DNA of 47,373 nucleotides from Eubacteriales bacterium (GTDB lineage: Bacteria > Bacillota > Clostridia > Christensenellales > CAG-138): the NCBI GenBank assembly GCA_031549625.1, contig JAVBPK010000014.1:1-47373 (forward strand), in the 5' to 3' direction. Both the position numbers and the translations under genes were made by a program. Below, one piece after another: positions 45,196 to 47,373 of this stretch. Numbering within the stretch: the stretch's first letter is position 1; every line of letters begins with the position of its first letter. A model generated the notes under the pieces. It was not told the origin of the DNA. It saw only the letters and a list, made by a program, of their open reading frames with translations, and did no database searches.

Positions 45196-47106
45196 GTGTT
45201 CTCACATTACAAGAGGTTAAGTTGCCTTGTCCTATGTCTTGCCCTGCTCGGTACGTGCATACTGAGTGGGTGCGCACCCGCACCGTCGGAAGGGCCTCCC
45301 CCGCAGCCCGCACCAAGCAGCCAGCCCGCGGCAGCGCCCGATACCGCCGCAAAGGATGTTACAGTGAATTATGTAGATACCATTCCCTGGGATGCCACGT
45401 ATGATGTCGTTGTAGTAGGCTTTGGCGGTGCCGGCGCGGTAACCGCAATAACGGCGGCCGACGAGGGCGCAAAAGTCTTGCTGGTTGATAAAGCGCCTGA
45501 AGGGGAAGAGGGCGGCAATACACGTGTGTGCGGCCAGCATGTTGTAGATTTTACAAACGTTGGGGATGGCGTAAAGTACCTGAAGGAAGTGCGCGGCCTT
45601 TTTACAAACTGGCCGGACGAATTCATCGAGACCTTCGTGCAGCGCTTAGCGACATTCGAAGACTGGTGGAACGCTTTTGGCTACACCGAATACGAAACGC
45701 GCACCCGCGCCGATTATGAGCTGCCCTATGCGGAATCAGTCATTATGTATTATACCGAGCTGCCCGGCAAGCCCCGTTTCTGGGAAGGCCTGCGTGAACA
45801 GGTTATGAAGCGCCCGGATAATATCGAGGTTTGGTTCAAATCGCCTGGCAAAGAGCTCATACAAGATCCGTTCACCAAAACGATACTTGGCGTAAAAATT
45901 GAAGTTGATGGTAAAATGGTCAATGTACGCGCTTTAAACGGCGTCGTGCTGGCAACCGGCGGCTTCGAAAACAACCCGCAAATGGTGCAGGATTATCTGC
46001 AAAGGCCGTATGCCGGTCTGCTGGGCGGCGTGTACAACACGGGCGACGGCATCCTCATGGCACAGGCGGTCGGAGCGGATTTGTGGCACATGAATGCCAC
46101 CTCCGGCCCGTATCCCGCGTTTAAGGAACCCGGCAGCGAAAGATCGCGCGCAATGATGACATTCGCCGGAACCCGCGGCGTCATTTATGTTGGCCCCGAC
46201 GGAACGCGCTTCTTTGATGAATCGTTCGTTCCCCAGCACGGTTATAAAATGTTCCACGGCCAGTACATGACCATTCCTTTCCCCCTGCCGGCCTACATGA
46301 TTATGGATTCGGTGGCCATTAAGGATAAAATCATTGCCCAGTGGAGCGAGGGCAACGCGGAAGAAATCGCCAAGGGCTGGATCAAAAAGGCCGACACCCT
46401 TGAAGCTCTGGCGGAGATGATCGGCATCCCGGCGGAAAGCCTTGTCAGCACGGTAGAACAGTATAACGGGTTTGTCGCGGCCGGCAATGATCCCCTGCAG
46501 GGACGCCCGGCGGATAAGCTCGTCAAAATTGGCGAGGGCCCGTATTACGCGTTGGAGATCACACCTGCCAACCTCAATACACAGGGCGGCCCCAGAAGGA
46601 ATGTAGACTGCGAAATTCTGGATACGGCTGGAAACGTCATTCCTAATCTTTACGGCGTGGGTGAGCTGGGCTCCATGCACCCCGGCCTCTATCAGGGCGG
46701 TTCAAACCTTGCGGAGTGCTTTACCTCGGGCCAGATTGCAGGCGAGAACGCCGCCAAGGTAAAAACGCCGCCGGCAGCCACCACGCTTACGATTGCGACG
46801 CAGCCCGCTCCGTTTGTATATCAGAAAGAAGAAATTGATATCAAGCTCGGCGCGAATGAATATCTTGGCAAAGGCACCGGCATGGGTGGCGAAATTATTG
46901 TGAAAGTCACCATGGATGGGGATAAGATTGCCGCGGTTGAGGTCGTGAAGCAAACTGAAACGGTCGGTATTGCGGATAAGGCGCTCAGCGCAATTCCGCA
47001 GGCCATCGTTGCGGCCAATTCGCCCGATGTGGATGCGGTTTCCGGCGCGACCATGACCAGCAACGGCATCATCAACGGCGTGAAGGATGCGCTTTCCCAA
47101 AAATAA
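45196..47106 (+). CDS. Lipoprotein flavin reductase: FAD-binding fumarate-reductase/flavocytochrome-c-like domain plus C-terminal FMN-binding (flavinylation) domain
   Basis: AGGAGG RBS, GTG start; lipobox LSGC; VVVGFGGAG, GGNT, LATGGF, NTGDG, NLYGVGE; DAVSGATMTS FMN-attachment motif. Confidence 0.88.
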   Translation: MFSHYKRLSCLVLCLALLGTCILSGCAPAPSEGPPPQPAPSSQPAAAPDTAAKDVTVNYVDTIPWDATYDVVVVGFGGAGAVTAITAADEGAKVLLVDKAPEGEEGGNTRVCGQHVVDFTNVGDGVKYLKEVRGLFTNWPDEFIETFVQRLATFEDWWNAFGYTEYETRTRADYELPYAESVIMYYTELPGKPRFWEGLREQVMKRPDNIEVWFKSPGKELIQDPFTKTILGVKIEVDGKMVNVRALNGVVLATGGFENNPQMVQDYLQRPYAGLLGGVYNTGDGILMAQAVGADLWHMNATSGPYPAFKEPGSERSRAMMTFAGTRGVIYVGPDGTRFFDESFVPQHGYKMFHGQYMTIPFPLPAYMIMDSVAIKDKIIAQWSEGNAEEIAKGWIKKADTLEALAEMIGIPAESLVSTVEQYNGFVAAGNDPLQGRPADKLVKIGEGPYYALEITPANLNTQGGPRRNVDCEILDTAGNVIPNLYGVGELGSMHPGLYQGGSNLAECFTSGQIAGENAAKVKTPPAATTLTIATQPAPFVYQKEEIDIKLGANEYLGKGTGMGGEIIVKVTMDGDKIAAVEVVKQTETVGIADKALSAIPQAIVAANSPDVDAVSGATMTSNGIINGVKDALSQK

Positions 47107-47186
47107 TTCCGTTTATGGGTAACCCGGCTTTCTGCTGAAGGGCTATATGCGAACCGTTTTGCGAAGAGGGTCGTAGCAGCAAGCAT

Positions 47187-47225
47187 AAAGAAAACAACAA
47201 CGCCCGCATTCGCGCGGGCGTTGTT
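47187..47225. terminator. Hairpin after the reductase gene; target of MITE copy 3
   Basis: AACAACGCCCGC-ATTCGC-GCGGGCGTTGTT 12-bp stem with an A-rich left flank. Confidence 0.65.
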
Positions 47226-47373
47226 CAGACTATCAAAAAAGGTTCGCAAGAAAAAGCTTTCAATCCGTGGGCAAGGACGACATGTGCGTCCGCAGCCCAC
47301 ACCTTGGGCATTTTGCCGCCCGCGAGCCCGGAGGGCGAGAGGTAAAATGCCGTAATCCCGTCGAAAAACAGAG
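47226..47373. mobile_element. MITE-like element copy 3 (cut by the window edge)
   Basis: CAGACTATCAAAAAAGGTTC...CCCGTCGAAAAACAGAG, colinear with copy 2. Confidence 0.88.

Noticed and set aside
26890-47373. The dispersed repeat as a CRISPR array, tRNA or housekeeping RNA
   Set aside because: Copies are kilobases apart with no spacers or cas genes and no cloverleaf; TIRs plus target duplication indicate a mobile element

Overview
GC-rich chromosomal window from a spore-forming Clostridia-class Firmicute (gpr, spoIIP, sporulation sigma-type promoters; Christensenellales-like is only my inference). The content is mostly housekeeping and nutrient uptake: holA, comEC, two PrsA/SurA-like foldases, a CtpE-like P-type ATPase, pth-mfd, two threonine-synthase paralogs, a BMP-type nucleoside ABC operon running into serC, serA, a polar amino acid ABC operon, cysS, a LysE exporter, spoIIP, gpr, livK-H-M-G-F, a 4Fe-4S protein, an amidohydrolase, a YfcC transporter, gpsA, and a TetR gene divergent from a flavinylation-motif lipoprotein reductase. 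I found no rRNA, tRNA, CRISPR array or transposase. The strongest unexplained signal is a ~161-bp non-coding MITE-like element in three copies (26890, 30230, 47226). Each copy sits exactly at the 3' foot of a terminator-like hairpin, and in the two copies whose right flank is visible that hairpin is duplicated, as described for some IS1182-family elements. The next best candidate is the TetR / perfect operator / ~415-nt structured leader / reductase module, whose enzyme lacks the fumarate and urocanate reductase residues. Several operators can be read directly: PurR-like, ArgR-like, a Crp/Fnr-like site at -41.5, and back-to-back sigma-K-like promoters. All calls come from manual motif reading; no database searches were run.
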